A stretch of 46,935 bases of DNA from Pseudomonadota bacterium (GCA_963205015.1 CAUJKI010000276.1:1-46935), one strand, 5' to 3'; positions 19,128 to 28,835 are shown, counted from the stretch's first letter. Program-made: numbers and translations. The notes: generated by a model from the sequence alone, not told the origin.

Positions 19128-20126
19128 ATGAAAGAGATCAAGGTCGTCTTGACGATGGACTGCGAGCCGACGACGGCCACCAGTCATCCGGCCGCAACCG
19201 GGCCGGCCGACTGGCGGGCTGGCGAGGACGCCGTCCGCGGCTACGTCGAGATTGCGACCCACTACGGCCTGCCGGTCACGCTTTTCGTTCATCCCGAGGC
19301 GGCAGTTGCCCAGGCTGCGATGTTTCGTGAGCTCGAGAGCAAGGGGGCCTGCATCGGCCTCCACATGCACCCGTGGAAGTACGCGCTGTGGCGCCATGAC
19401 GGCAAAAAGTACCTCGCCCACTATGGCGGCCTTTCTGCAACCGAGCAGAAGGACCTGTTGGCCGAGTCGTCAGCGATCTGGGCGGAGGCGATCGGTCATA
19501 GGCCGGAATACTTCCGCCCCGGCACATTCTCGGCCAACGATGCGATCTTCAATGTGCTGCGGGAACAGGGCTTCCGTGGGGGCTCGTGCACGGCGCCCGG
19601 CCGCTTCATTCCCGAAATGCAGGCGATCTGGGTCGGTGGCCAGCCGGATCCGCATCGCGCCAATCCGAACTTCCGCCAGGCGCTCGGTGCACTCGATTTC
19701 GCCAACATGCCGCTGTCGGCCGACTTCTCGAAATCATTGAGCGGCCCGGCTGGGCGCAGCATGTACGCAGACTTCCGGCCGGACGTGGACTGGCCCGGCC
19801 AGTATGATGTGAGCTATCGTACCATCGCGACCAACATCGTCGCACAGGTGCGCGAGCGAGCGCCCGCGGTGCCGGTCCTCAACGCGATCACACACAATCA
19901 CTACGCCTACCGCGACACCTCGGATCCCGTGTATCGCCGCCTGCGCGTCATGCTCGACGAGATGATGTCGGCCTGTGCTGCCGCGGGCGTCAAGCCCGTC
20001 GGCTCGACGCTGAAGAACGTCGCAGATGCGGTTCTCGCCCTGCCGCCCGTGCAGGAGCCGTTCGTGTGCGAGGGCGCCATATTCGATCTCGAGGCCGACC
20101 GGGCCGAGATCGGGACATCCGCCTGA
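19128..20126 (+). CDS. Polysaccharide deacetylase (NodB/CE4-like) family hydrolase
   Basis: LTMDCE, PVTLFV, IGLHMHP (metal-binding His pair), FRPG motifs; no signal peptide; GGAG before ATG 19128. Confidence 0.7.
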   Translation: MKEIKVVLTMDCEPTTATSHPAATGPADWRAGEDAVRGYVEIATHYGLPVTLFVHPEAAVAQAAMFRELESKGACIGLHMHPWKYALWRHDGKKYLAHYGGLSATEQKDLLAESSAIWAEAIGHRPEYFRPGTFSANDAIFNVLREQGFRGGSCTAPGRFIPEMQAIWVGGQPDPHRANPNFRQALGALDFANMPLSADFSKSLSGPAGRSMYADFRPDVDWPGQYDVSYRTIATNIVAQVRERAPAVPVLNAITHNHYAYRDTSDPVYRRLRVMLDEMMSACAAAGVKPVGSTLKNVADAVLALPPVQEPFVCEGAIFDLEADRAEIGTSA

Positions 20127-20141
20127 AAGGGGAGACTTGCC

Positions 20142-21101
20142 ATGGTTGTGAGATGGACACGCAGAGCAGTCATCGCGGCGGGCCTCGGCTCCCTTCTGCT
20201 CAGCCAGGGCGCGCTGGCGCAGGCAACCTATCCGCGTCGCCCGATCTCACTGGTGGTGACGTTTGCAGCGGGCGGCGGCACGGACGTGCTGGCGCGCATC
20301 GCCGCAAAATACCTCTCGGAGGAGCTCGGCCAACCGGTCAACGTCGTCAACAAGCCCGGCGGCAACTCCATTCCCGGTGCCATGTCGGTCATGAGCGCTG
20401 CGCCGGATGGCTACAATCTTCTCTTTGATTCACCGGCGACCAGCTCACTCCACGCGCTCGTCTCGGACCTGCCGTATAAGGTCGACCAGCGCACGTGGGG
20501 GCCGCTGCTCACAACCGGACCGTACATCTACGCCGTCAACGCGAAGTCGCCGTGGAAGTCCCTCAAGGACATGGCCGAAGCCTCCCGCGGCAATCCGGAA
20601 TCGCTGCGCATCGGCTGGATGGGCGGAACGAGCTTCACGGATACGACGATGCTCAAGCTTTTGAGTGTTGCCGGGGTCGACGCTTCGAAGGTCAAGAAAG
20701 TACCCTTCGCCGGCTCGGGGCCGGGCATGGTGGCGCTTGCGGGCGGACACATCGACCTCTCAGGCGGCAACATCGGCGCTGCGACGTCGCTCATGGCATC
20801 CGGTGATCTTCGCGCGCTTGCGGTCACGGGCGACGAACGCGTGCCGGCGCTGCCGGACGTGCCCTCTTCCAAGGAAGCGGGCGTCTATGTGCCTCTGACG
20901 AGCTGGAATGCGCTTTCCGGCCCCGCCGGCATGTCGCCGGACATCGTCAAGCGTCTGGACGATGCCGTGCAGAAGATGGTGAAGCGACCGGAGTACATCA
21001 AGGATCTCGCTGCCGTCGGTAATCTGCCGTCTTACAAGGCCCCATCCGTTATGCCGGCCTTCATCAAGGAAGAGGTGAAGACCCTGAGCGACCTCCGCTG
21101 A
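20142..21101 (+). CDS. tctC: Tripartite tricarboxylate transporter substrate-binding protein (Bug/TctC)
   Basis: YP.RPI.LVV.FAAGGGTD..AR, VVNKPGG, APDGY, VPF.GSG, RALAVT...R...LPDVP. Confidence 0.93.
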   Translation: MVVRWTRRAVIAAGLGSLLLSQGALAQATYPRRPISLVVTFAAGGGTDVLARIAAKYLSEELGQPVNVVNKPGGNSIPGAMSVMSAAPDGYNLLFDSPATSSLHALVSDLPYKVDQRTWGPLLTTGPYIYAVNAKSPWKSLKDMAEASRGNPESLRIGWMGGTSFTDTTMLKLLSVAGVDASKVKKVPFAGSGPGMVALAGGHIDLSGGNIGAATSLMASGDLRALAVTGDERVPALPDVPSSKEAGVYVPLTSWNALSGPAGMSPDIVKRLDDAVQKMVKRPEYIKDLAAVGNLPSYKAPSVMPAFIKEEVKTLSDLR

Positions 21102-21117
21102 CCGTGGCGCACGCTTC

Positions 21118-21627
21118 GTGAACGCGCCCTCGCCGCAAGAGAGAGAGGCCTCGGGGAGAGAGGCTGCTTCTCTCACCCGCTTTCTCGAGCCCGTTCTTCT
21201 TATCGTTCTAGGCGGCGCGGGCGTCGTCGACGGCTGGCGGATCATCACGACAAAGGCGGAGACACCCGGCGGTGTCGAGGCCGGCGGCTGGATCGCGGCA
21301 CTCGGGGGAATGCTCGTCGCCGGAGCCTGCGTCCAAATCGCACGCGATATCCTTCGCGGGCCGGAGGCCGCATCCGCGACAGAGCCCGACGTACTCTTCA
21401 AGCCGCCGGCGATCGCACTCGTGCTGTTGCTGCTCTACGTCGCCCTGATCACCCCGCTTGGCTATGTGCTGGCCACTGCGCTCTTCATGGCGGCTTATCT
21501 CCGGATCTTCGGCCGCTATGGCCCTCTCACCGTCGCGGCAATTGCGATACCATTCGCCGCCGGGTCCGGCTGGCTTTGGTCGGCGTTGAACATGACGCTG
21601 CCGCAGGGCGTTCTCCCGTGGCCTTGA
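21118..21627 (+). CDS. tctB: TTT small membrane subunit
   Basis: About four TM helices, LGYVLAT..F, LPQG near the C-terminus; lies between tctC and tctA. Confidence 0.85.
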   Translation: MNAPSPQEREASGREAASLTRFLEPVLLIVLGGAGVVDGWRIITTKAETPGGVEAGGWIAALGGMLVAGACVQIARDILRGPEAASATEPDVLFKPPAIALVLLLLYVALITPLGYVLATALFMAAYLRIFGRYGPLTVAAIAIPFAAGSGWLWSALNMTLPQGVLPWP

Positions 21628-21695
21628 TCAGCCTCCCGACGCCGATCTCCGGGCCAGCACGCTAGCTGCCGACGCCACGCGAGGGATAGAGCTTC

Positions 21696-23159
21696 ATGGA
21701 TCTCCTGAACGGCCTCCTGTCGGTGCTGACGCTGGAGTATCTCGCCTATTCCTTTGTGGGATGCCTGCTCGGCACGCTGGTCGGCGTTCTACCCGGCGTC
21801 GGTGCCGCTTCCGCCGTCGCGATCCTCTTTCCATTCACGACGTTCCTGCCGCCCACCGGCATGATCATTACCATGGCGGCGATCTACTACGGCGCCCAGT
21901 ACGGCGGCTCCACGACGGCCATCCTCGTCAACGTGCCGGGCGAGGTCTCGTCGATGGTGACGGCGGTCGATGGTTACGAGATGACCAAGCGCGGCAAGGC
22001 GGGTCCGGCGCTCGCGATGGCGGCCATTGCATCATTTCTGGCCGGCATCGTCGGTGCCGTCGTCGTCGCGCTGGTCGGCCCATCGGTCGCACGTCTGGCG
22101 CTGCTCTTCGGTCCGGCGGAGTATTTTGGCCTCGGGCTGTTCAGCCTTACGGCAATCGCCGCCCTCGCTGGCTCGTCGCTCTTTCGCGCCGTTCTCGTGA
22201 CCCTGTTCGGTATGCTGCTCGCATCCGTGGGCTTTGATGATTCCTCCGGACTGCCACGTCTCACATTCGGGCAAGCACCGCTGCTGCAGGGCTTCGACCT
22301 CGTACCGGTCATGATCGGCCTGTTCGGTGTCGGCGAGGTACTCTCCTCCCTGCAGGAGAAGGCCGGCCCGGCAATCACGAGCCGCATCGGCAAGCTGATG
22401 CCGGAACCGGCGGAGCTGAAAGCGGGACTGGCCGCAGCTTCCCGAGCGACAGGTATCTCGCTCATTCTCGGCCTGCTCCCGGGCATGATGCCGTCGATAG
22501 GGTCGTTTTTATCGTACTCGATCGAGCGTTATCGATCGTCCGAGCCGCAGCGGTTCGGCAAAGGAGCGATCGAGGGCGTCGCCTCCGCGGAAGCCGCCAA
22601 CAACGCGACGGCAATGTCCAACCTGATCCCGCTGCTGGGGCTCGGCATCCCGACCGGACCGACCATGGCGCTCATGCTCGCAGCCTTCACCTTGTACGGC
22701 ATCGTGCCTGGCCCGCTCCTCTTCACGCAGCAGGCGGATCTGGTATGGACGCTGATCGGCAGCTTCTTCGTCGGCAACGTCATCCTGCTGATCCTGAATC
22801 TGCCGCTCGTCGGCCTCTGGGTCCGACTTTCCACGATCCCCTATCCCATCCTTGCGCCGATCATCCTCGTCGTCTGCATGGTCGGTGCCTACAGCACCCG
22901 CAACAGCATGTTCGACGTGTGGGTCTGTGCATTGTTCGGACTGCTCGGCTGGATCATGCGCGCGCGAGGTTGGCCGCTCGCGCCCCTCGTGCTCGCCTTC
23001 GTCCTTGGCCCGATGATCGAGCGTGCCGGGCGCCAGGTCTTCGCCATATCGCCCGAGCTTCTGCTGCATCGCCCTGCGTTCTGGGCCTTCATCGTCCTCG
23101 GGTTTGTCGTGATCTGGGCTTCCAGCCGGCTCGCGGTGCGAGGCGAACTCAGCGACTGA
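21696..23159 (+). CDS. tctA: TTT large membrane subunit
   Basis: GTLVGVLPG.G, YYGAQYGGS..AILVNVPG, DGYEM...G, EAANNA, LGLGIP. Confidence 0.95.
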   Translation: MDLLNGLLSVLTLEYLAYSFVGCLLGTLVGVLPGVGAASAVAILFPFTTFLPPTGMIITMAAIYYGAQYGGSTTAILVNVPGEVSSMVTAVDGYEMTKRGKAGPALAMAAIASFLAGIVGAVVVALVGPSVARLALLFGPAEYFGLGLFSLTAIAALAGSSLFRAVLVTLFGMLLASVGFDDSSGLPRLTFGQAPLLQGFDLVPVMIGLFGVGEVLSSLQEKAGPAITSRIGKLMPEPAELKAGLAAASRATGISLILGLLPGMMPSIGSFLSYSIERYRSSEPQRFGKGAIEGVASAEAANNATAMSNLIPLLGLGIPTGPTMALMLAAFTLYGIVPGPLLFTQQADLVWTLIGSFFVGNVILLILNLPLVGLWVRLSTIPYPILAPIILVVCMVGAYSTRNSMFDVWVCALFGLLGWIMRARGWPLAPLVLAFVLGPMIERAGRQVFAISPELLLHRPAFWAFIVLGFVVIWASSRLAVRGELSD

Positions 23160-23223
23160 GACGCACAGCCTTCCTTGCCCACGCACCCTCATCACAGGCT
23201 GGCATCACGACTTCACTGCTCGC

Positions 23224-24018
23224 TCACCGACCTTCGAACCGGGCCTCTCTCTTCTCGCGGAAGGCCGTCGTACCTTCGCGAATATCCTGCGTTCCGCCAA
23301 GGTCGTAGAAGGAACGCGATTCGAACTTCAGCGCCTCCTCGAAAGACATGCCGATCGTGCGCCGCATGACGTCCTTCGCGAAGCGCTGAGCAAGTGGCGC
23401 TCGACTGGCAAGCATCGCCGCATAGTCCATTGCCTTGCCGACGAGTTGGTCGGCCGGATGGATGCGGTTCACGAGACCGATCCGGTAGGCGTGCTCCGCA
23501 TCGACGCGCTCGCCCGAGAGCACGATCTCCATGGCGTGGCCAAGCCCGACGATCTGGGGGAGGCGTATCAACCCGCCATCGCAGGCATGAAAGCCCCATT
23601 TCACGTCCTGAAGTGCAAACTCGGCATTCGGTGAGCAGAAGCGGATATCGCACGCGAGAGCCAGCTCAAAGCCACCCGAAATGGCAAAGCCATTGACAGC
23701 CGCGACAATGGGCTTGCCGATATCCATATTGCGCGTGATGCCTGCGAAGCCGGGCCCGTCGGTATAGCGCCGGCGGAATTCGGGGGCGGGCCGATTGGCG
23801 AAGTCGATTGTATAGGTCTTGAGATCCGCACCCGCGCAGAAGGCTTTATCCCCCGCCCCGGTGATCACGGCGACACGGGCTGTCGCGTCGCGATCGAAAC
23901 GCCGCCAGGCTTCGGTCAACGCATCGTTCGCCGCAAAATCGAGCGAATTCATCTTCTCGGCACGGTCGATAGTAATGAGCGTGACCGGCCCACGCTGTTC
24001 GTACAGGATATCGCTCAC
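23224..24018 (-). CDS. Enoyl-CoA hydratase/isomerase (crotonase) family
   Basis: FCAGADLK, KPIVAAVNGFAISGGFELALACDIR, REG..AF.EKR...F.GR. Confidence 0.93.
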   Translation of the reverse strand: MSDILYEQRGPVTLITIDRAEKMNSLDFAANDALTEAWRRFDRDATARVAVITGAGDKAFCAGADLKTYTIDFANRPAPEFRRRYTDGPGFAGITRNMDIGKPIVAAVNGFAISGGFELALACDIRFCSPNAEFALQDVKWGFHACDGGLIRLPQIVGLGHAMEIVLSGERVDAEHAYRIGLVNRIHPADQLVGKAMDYAAMLASRAPLAQRFAKDVMRRTIGMSFEEALKFESRSFYDLGGTQDIREGTTAFREKREARFEGR

Positions 24019-24052
24019 GAGTTATGCTCCGCAAAGGTGTAGCTTCAGCCTC

Positions 24053-24087
24053 TGTCCAGTAGACCACAGTGTCTGGTCAAATGACTA
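24053..24087. promoter_or_regulatory. Tandem GntR/FadR-type operator-like palindromes
   Basis: TGTCCAGTAGACCA (24053-24066) and TGGTCAAATGACTA (24074-24087), resembling TGGTC-N4-GACCA, just upstream of the hydratase. Confidence 0.5.
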
Positions 24088-24272
24088 CTACCCGGGCGGC
24101 AACCGACGCCCGGATATGCCCGCCGACTGCTCTGGCGCAGCTCGACGCTTGATCCCAGGCTTTCATCCTTGTTGTGCGCATCGAGGGATACGCTGGCGAC
24201 TAAATGCTTGCGCCCGCAGTACCGCGCGACCTAAAGAGCAGGCTTCCGATGCGCTGAAGTCGAAATTTACAC

Positions 24273-24797
24273 ATGCCTTCCGCCCATCTTTATCACCTTA
24301 CTCTTATCCTTGGCGGCGCACGCTCAGGCAAAAGCCGATATGCGGAAGAGCTCGTCATGCGTTTAGCACCACCGTGGGTTTACGTGGCGACAGCGGAAGC
24401 TCTCGATGACGAGATGCGGGCGCGGATCCATCACCATCGCAGTCGCCGCGATGCCCGCTGGCGGACTATCGAGGCGCCGTTTGATCTGTCCAAAGCGCTC
24501 ATTGCGCTCGACGATTCCCGGCAGCCGATCGTCATCGACTGCCTGACACTCTGGCTGAGCAACATACTGCTTGCGGACGCCGACATTGTCGCTGCCAGCG
24601 ATGACCTCATTGCCGCGCTCACTGTCGCATCTGGGCCAGTGGTCGTCGTTTCCAACGAGGTCGGCCTCGGGATCGTGCCCGACACACCTCTCGGTCGCCG
24701 CTTCCGCGACGCGCAAGGCCAGCTCAATCAGCGTGTTGCGGCCCTGGCCGATCGCGTTTTTCTTCTTGCAGCAGGACTTCCATTGCAGCTCAAGTAG
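24273..24797 (+). CDS. cobU: Adenosylcobinamide kinase / cobinamide-phosphate guanylyltransferase (CobU/CobP)
   Basis: LILGGARSGKS.YAE, YVATA...D.EM..RI..H..RR, DCLTLWLSN, VSNEVGLGIVP, RFRD..G.LNQ. Confidence 0.96.
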   Translation: MPSAHLYHLTLILGGARSGKSRYAEELVMRLAPPWVYVATAEALDDEMRARIHHHRSRRDARWRTIEAPFDLSKALIALDDSRQPIVIDCLTLWLSNILLADADIVAASDDLIAALTVASGPVVVVSNEVGLGIVPDTPLGRRFRDAQGQLNQRVAALADRVFLLAAGLPLQLK

Positions 24798-24896
24798 CCG
24801 AACTAGAAATGGACCGCAGGGACAGTTGCCTCGCGCGAGAGCCGCCGAGCACCTGCCAGTTTGCCGGAACTCCAGGATGTTGTACGGATTGACGGC

Positions 24897-25793
24897 ATGA
24901 ACGTCGCTACCCCGGTCCGCCCCCGCCATTCGCCTTGCATCGGCGTCTGCAAGCTCGACGAGCAGAGCGGTTTCTGCCTCGGTTGCGCGCGCACGGGCGA
25001 CGAGATCGCCGCCTGGGCGTCGCTCGATGAATCCGGGCGGAATGCCATCTGGCAGAAGTTGCCCGACCGGCTGACAGCACTGGCGGTGCGCATTCGCCTG
25101 ATGCCCTGGACCGGCGACGAGATCCTCGACTGGGTCGCGGGAACCATCATGGAGCGTAGAGGCACATGGGTAACCGGGATGCCGGGCGCGATTGCCGAGT
25201 TTCCCTGCCAGCCGGCTCGCAGTGTCTCTGTCTCAACCGGACCGGACTTCATAGTCGGCCGCGCTGACGATGCTCTATTCCGTCTGCGCGCGACGGACAG
25301 GTTGCGCGCCTTCGCGTTCGACGGCGATGGCCCCATCGTTCTCGGCCAATCGCGCGCACGGCTCGACGAGAGCAAACCCGAGCATTTTACCGCACTCGGC
25401 ACCGATCAGAATGCCATCGATGCCGATCACCGTGGTCAAGCGCTGTTCGATTTCGGGCTCGGCCGCCGCTTCAGCCGTTTCTGCATCCGGACCGGCAATG
25501 CGGAATTCGCGGACCGGCTGAATGCGCTCGCGGGCCTGTCCTGGCGCGAGGTTTTTGCCAAGGCCGGCGCACAGATCCTTGCCGAGAGCCCGACGCGGGT
25601 CGTCGCATCGAACCTCGCCCGCATCGAAGTGTTCTCGGCGATACCGCCGCCCGGCGGGCGGTCGCCTGAGGGCGCGCATACGCACTTTCTGCCGCAGTTC
25701 TTCGCTTCGGGCGAGGAAATCCCAGCCGCACTGGCGCTGCCCGACTATGCCGCACCAGTGGCGGTCTTCTATCCGGGCAACCCTCCCGAGTGA
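24897..25793 (+). CDS. DUF1289 domain fused to an uncharacterised C-terminal domain
   Basis: SPCIGVCKLD...FCLGCART.DEI..W at the N-terminus; about 230 aa C-terminal region with GAIAEF, LFDFGLG, FCIRT, EGAHTHFLP. Confidence 0.75.
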   Translation: MNVATPVRPRHSPCIGVCKLDEQSGFCLGCARTGDEIAAWASLDESGRNAIWQKLPDRLTALAVRIRLMPWTGDEILDWVAGTIMERRGTWVTGMPGAIAEFPCQPARSVSVSTGPDFIVGRADDALFRLRATDRLRAFAFDGDGPIVLGQSRARLDESKPEHFTALGTDQNAIDADHRGQALFDFGLGRRFSRFCIRTGNAEFADRLNALAGLSWREVFAKAGAQILAESPTRVVASNLARIEVFSAIPPPGGRSPEGAHTHFLPQFFASGEEIPAALALPDYAAPVAVFYPGNPPE

Positions 25794-25796
25794 CCG

Positions 25797-26375
25797 TCAG
25801 ACCCCTTGTGCCCCAGGCATCGTCGCGGCTCCTTCGAGAATATTTCGGCTCACCACACCGACCGCCACTGCCACCCGATGGGCAGCGAGAAGCACCGGGA
25901 AAGCTACCGCATTGACGGTAGCAACGTAGGACACCACCGCGAAACTGAAGGCGCCCTCGCTGCTCGGCAGGATGAACGTCGCTGCGTAGAGCACGGCCTG
26001 ATAGGCGACGAACGCTACGCCAAATGCCGCAGCGGCGGCGAGAAGCCGATTGGTCGACGCGATAGCAGTCACGAGTACCCTTGCGCACAGGAAACCAGCG
26101 ACAGCACCCGCGCCGATCGCGATCCCCCAGGCATAGGCCTGCAGCTCCTGCGGATAGCCGAGGAATCCGAATCCGACGATCTGGTTGGCGAGCCAGATCA
26201 CACCGACGAGAATGAGGCCGTCGCGGCGATCGATGTCGAGTGCGGCCAACGCGGCGAGCGCGGCAAATGGCGTCGCACATGCATAGACGCCGCTGAGCAC
26301 AACGGCTGCCGCCGTCAGCAACCCTATCCACAACAGCCTTTTGTCGGCACCTGTCTCGCTGATCGCAGCTTTCAT
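25797..26375 (-). CDS. Hypothetical integral membrane protein (last gene of the B12 operon)
   Basis: Five to six hydrophobic segments, ACATPFAALAA and WLANQ.VGF..LGYP; GAAGGG RBS before ATG 26375. Confidence 0.7.
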   Translation of the reverse strand: MKAAISETGADKRLLWIGLLTAAAVVLSGVYACATPFAALAALAALDIDRRDGLILVGVIWLANQIVGFGFLGYPQELQAYAWGIAIGAGAVAGFLCARVLVTAIASTNRLLAAAAAFGVAFVAYQAVLYAATFILPSSEGAFSFAVVSYVATVNAVAFPVLLAAHRVAVAVGVVSRNILEGAATMPGAQGV

Positions 26376-26416
26376 CGTTGTGTTCCCTTCAGTTGCGGTT
26401 CGCGATGTCTTAGGCA

Positions 26417-27142
26417 CTATGCCACGGCCACGGCAACGAGGAGCAAGAGCAGCGTCTCCGTTATCTCGACGCCGGCGCCGAGGCAGTCACCGGTGATCCC
26501 GCCCAATCGGAGTTTCCAATATACGGCAATTGCGGGAACCACGAGCAGAGCACCGAGCAGTACGGGGGCGAGCCAGAGGCTTAGCAGCGCCAGGACAAGC
26601 CCCTGCGCGGCCGCCATCGGCCAGCTGATCTGCCATGAGAAGCGCTCGCCGGATCCGCTTGCCAGCGGCGGCACGGCAAGGCTCCATACGAGCGGTCCCC
26701 AGCGTGCCCATGCCGGCACGAGAGCGAGCGCGAACAGCGCCGGCAGCCCGGAAATCTCCGCAAGCAGCACGAGCTTGGCAATGAGCTGGAGCCCAATTGC
26801 CATGGCACCGAAGGCGCCGACATGTGGATCGCGCAAGACCTCGAGAAAACGCTCCGGAGATCGATGCGCGGCAGCGAGCGCATCCGCGACATCGCCGAGC
26901 CCATCGAGATGCAGGCCGCCGGTGATCCAGACCCACACGACCAGCGCGACAAGTGCACCGATCCAAGGCGACGCCTGCTGGCCGGTCCAGAGAGCGAGCG
27001 CGAGGACAATGCCGATGATGGCGCCCACAACCGCGAACCAGATCGCCGAGCGCGATAGGTCATCCGGGTTGAACTCGGCAAATCGGGGTGCCGGCAACCG
27101 GGTCAGGAACTGCAGCGCATGACCGAAGGTGCGGAACGTCAT
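26417..27142 (-). CDS. cobS: Adenosylcobinamide-GDP ribazoletransferase (CobS/CobV)
   Basis: ALQFLTRLP, TGGLHLDGLGD.AD, L.V.RDPHVGAFG, GGITGDCLGA..E..E. Confidence 0.96.
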   Translation of the reverse strand: MTFRTFGHALQFLTRLPAPRFAEFNPDDLSRSAIWFAVVGAIIGIVLALALWTGQQASPWIGALVALVVWVWITGGLHLDGLGDVADALAAAHRSPERFLEVLRDPHVGAFGAMAIGLQLIAKLVLLAEISGLPALFALALVPAWARWGPLVWSLAVPPLASGSGERFSWQISWPMAAAQGLVLALLSLWLAPVLLGALLVVPAIAVYWKLRLGGITGDCLGAGVEITETLLLLLVAVAVA

Positions 27143-27735
27143 GGCTGCACGACCTCGACGATCTCACCCCAGAGATGCCCGTCGTCCTGTTCGACATGTA
27201 GCGTGACACGGGTTCCAGGATCGATCCGAATAGCCCATGTGTGCTCGAGCGGGATAGCGCAGGCAATCGAGAGCGCCGCACGCATGGGGCCCGCGTGGGA
27301 GACGACGAGCACGGTGCCGTTCGTCTCCAGCTTCAGGAGACGGGCAATGGCACGCGCGGCCCGACCGCAAAGCAAGCGCCAGCTCTCGCCATTCGGCGGC
27401 CCCGGTGCTTCGGCATCGCGATAGAAGGCATCCAGTTGCCTGGCGATAGCCGGATCGGCGCGCAGTTCGGCGATCGGACGCCCATCCCAATCGCCAAAGT
27501 CGAGCTCCGCCCAATCATCGTCGGTGAGCAGAGGCAGACCGCGCAGACGCGCCAGCTTCTCGGCCGGCTCGCGCGAGCGGCGCAATGGCGAGGTAACGAT
27601 CGATGACCACGTGCGGCTGGCGGCTTGCCGTTCGAGCTGCTGCCACCCGGCTTCCGACAACGCGACGTCGGTGCGTCCGAGGAGGAGACCATGCCGTTCC
27701 GTTTCACCGTGACGGAGCAGGTCGATCAGAGGCAT
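27139..27735 (-). CDS. cobC: Histidine phosphatase, alpha-ribazole phosphatase (CobC-like)
   Basis: LLRHGET, GRTD..LS..G, SPL.R, ELDFGDWDG, PPNGES, VSHAG; translationally coupled between cobT and cobS. Confidence 0.85.
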   Translation of the reverse strand: MPLIDLLRHGETERHGLLLGRTDVALSEAGWQQLERQAASRTWSSIVTSPLRRSREPAEKLARLRGLPLLTDDDWAELDFGDWDGRPIAELRADPAIARQLDAFYRDAEAPGPPNGESWRLLCGRAARAIARLLKLETNGTVLVVSHAGPMRAALSIACAIPLEHTWAIRIDPGTRVTLHVEQDDGHLWGEIVEVVQP

Positions 27736-28835
27736 CAGCCGCGCTCCGACACGTGAGCTTCTTCGAACGTCGCCATCCCGGCGTGCAGAGCACAGGCGAG
27801 CCGCACGACAGGCAGAGCCACCGCAGCCCCCGATCCTTCGCCGAGCCGCATTTTCAAGTCGAGAATGGGCTCCGCGCCGAGCGCCTCCAACACCAGCCGG
27901 TGCCCCTTCTCGGACGAACGATGCGAGTAGATGAGCCAGGGCTGGCATGAAGAGTTCTGACGTAGGGCCACAAGCGCCGCCACCGTGACGATGAAGCCAT
28001 CGATGAGGATGGGCACCCTGGCCTGAGCAGCGGCGACGATCGCACCTGTCAGCGCCGCGATCTCCAAGCCGCCGACGCGCATCAGTACGTCGAGAGGGAG
28101 AGCTTCTGCCCGGTGCAGTCCATGCCACTTCAACGCTTCCGCAATAACAAGCGATTTGCGGCGGATGCCTTCTCTATCGAGGCCCGTGCCGGCGCCCACG
28201 ACGTCGTCTGCCGATCGCGCAAGAAGCGCCGCAGCGACCGCAGCCGCCGAGGTGGTATTGCCGATCCCCATCTCGCCGAAAATCAGCAGATCGGCGCCCT
28301 GTCCTGCCGCACGCTGCACGGCGCGACGGCCGGCCGCGAGGGCGAACCTCATTTCTTCGGTCGTCATTGCCGGCTCACGTGAAAAGTCCCGGGTGCCGCA
28401 GCATGGCTTGTCCGTGATGACACCCGCGATTTCCGTCGCTGCAAGCGTACCGACGTCGATCACCTCCAACGGCGCACCAAGCTCACGTGCGAGTACCGAT
28501 ATCGCGGCGCCGCCGCGGGCAAAGTTGTCCAGCATTTGCACCGTGACGGCAGACGGGTAGGCGGAGACACCCTGCGCGGTGATGCCGTGGTCGCCCGCAA
28601 ACAGGATGATGCGGGCCAACGCAACGCCCGGGCAATCCCTCTCCTGGCACGCAGCAAGTTGTATAGCGATGCGCTCGAGCACGCCCAGAGAGCCGCGCGG
28701 CTTGGTGAGCGCATTCTGCCGCGCCTCAGCCTGAGCCACATGCTTCTGCGAAGGCTGCGCGCAGGGAGCTTCTATCCAATCGTCCGGGATCACGGTTGCG
28801 CTCTTTGATAGACGAAGCCCGTGTTCAGCGGCCAT
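27735..28835 (-). CDS. cobT: Nicotinate-nucleotide-dimethylbenzimidazole phosphoribosyltransferase
   Basis: LTKPRGSLG.LE, FAGDHG....GVSAYP..VT, GGAAI, GEMGIGNTT, GGLEIA, DGFI, MRLGEGSGA, MATF. Start at 28835 or 28793. Confidence 0.96.
   Translation of the reverse strand: MAAEHGLRLSKSATVIPDDWIEAPCAQPSQKHVAQAEARQNALTKPRGSLGVLERIAIQLAACQERDCPGVALARIILFAGDHGITAQGVSAYPSAVTVQMLDNFARGGAAISVLARELGAPLEVIDVGTLAATEIAGVITDKPCCGTRDFSREPAMTTEEMRFALAAGRRAVQRAAGQGADLLIFGEMGIGNTTSAAAVAAALLARSADDVVGAGTGLDREGIRRKSLVIAEALKWHGLHRAEALPLDVLMRVGGLEIAALTGAIVAAAQARVPILIDGFIVTVAALVALRQNSSCQPWLIYSHRSSEKGHRLVLEALGAEPILDLKMRLGEGSGAAVALPVVRLACALHAGMATFEEAHVSERG

Noticed and set aside
25806-27122. 438-aa plus-strand ORF
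   Set aside because: Antisense to cobS and the membrane protein; low-complexity Arg/Ser/Ala composition.
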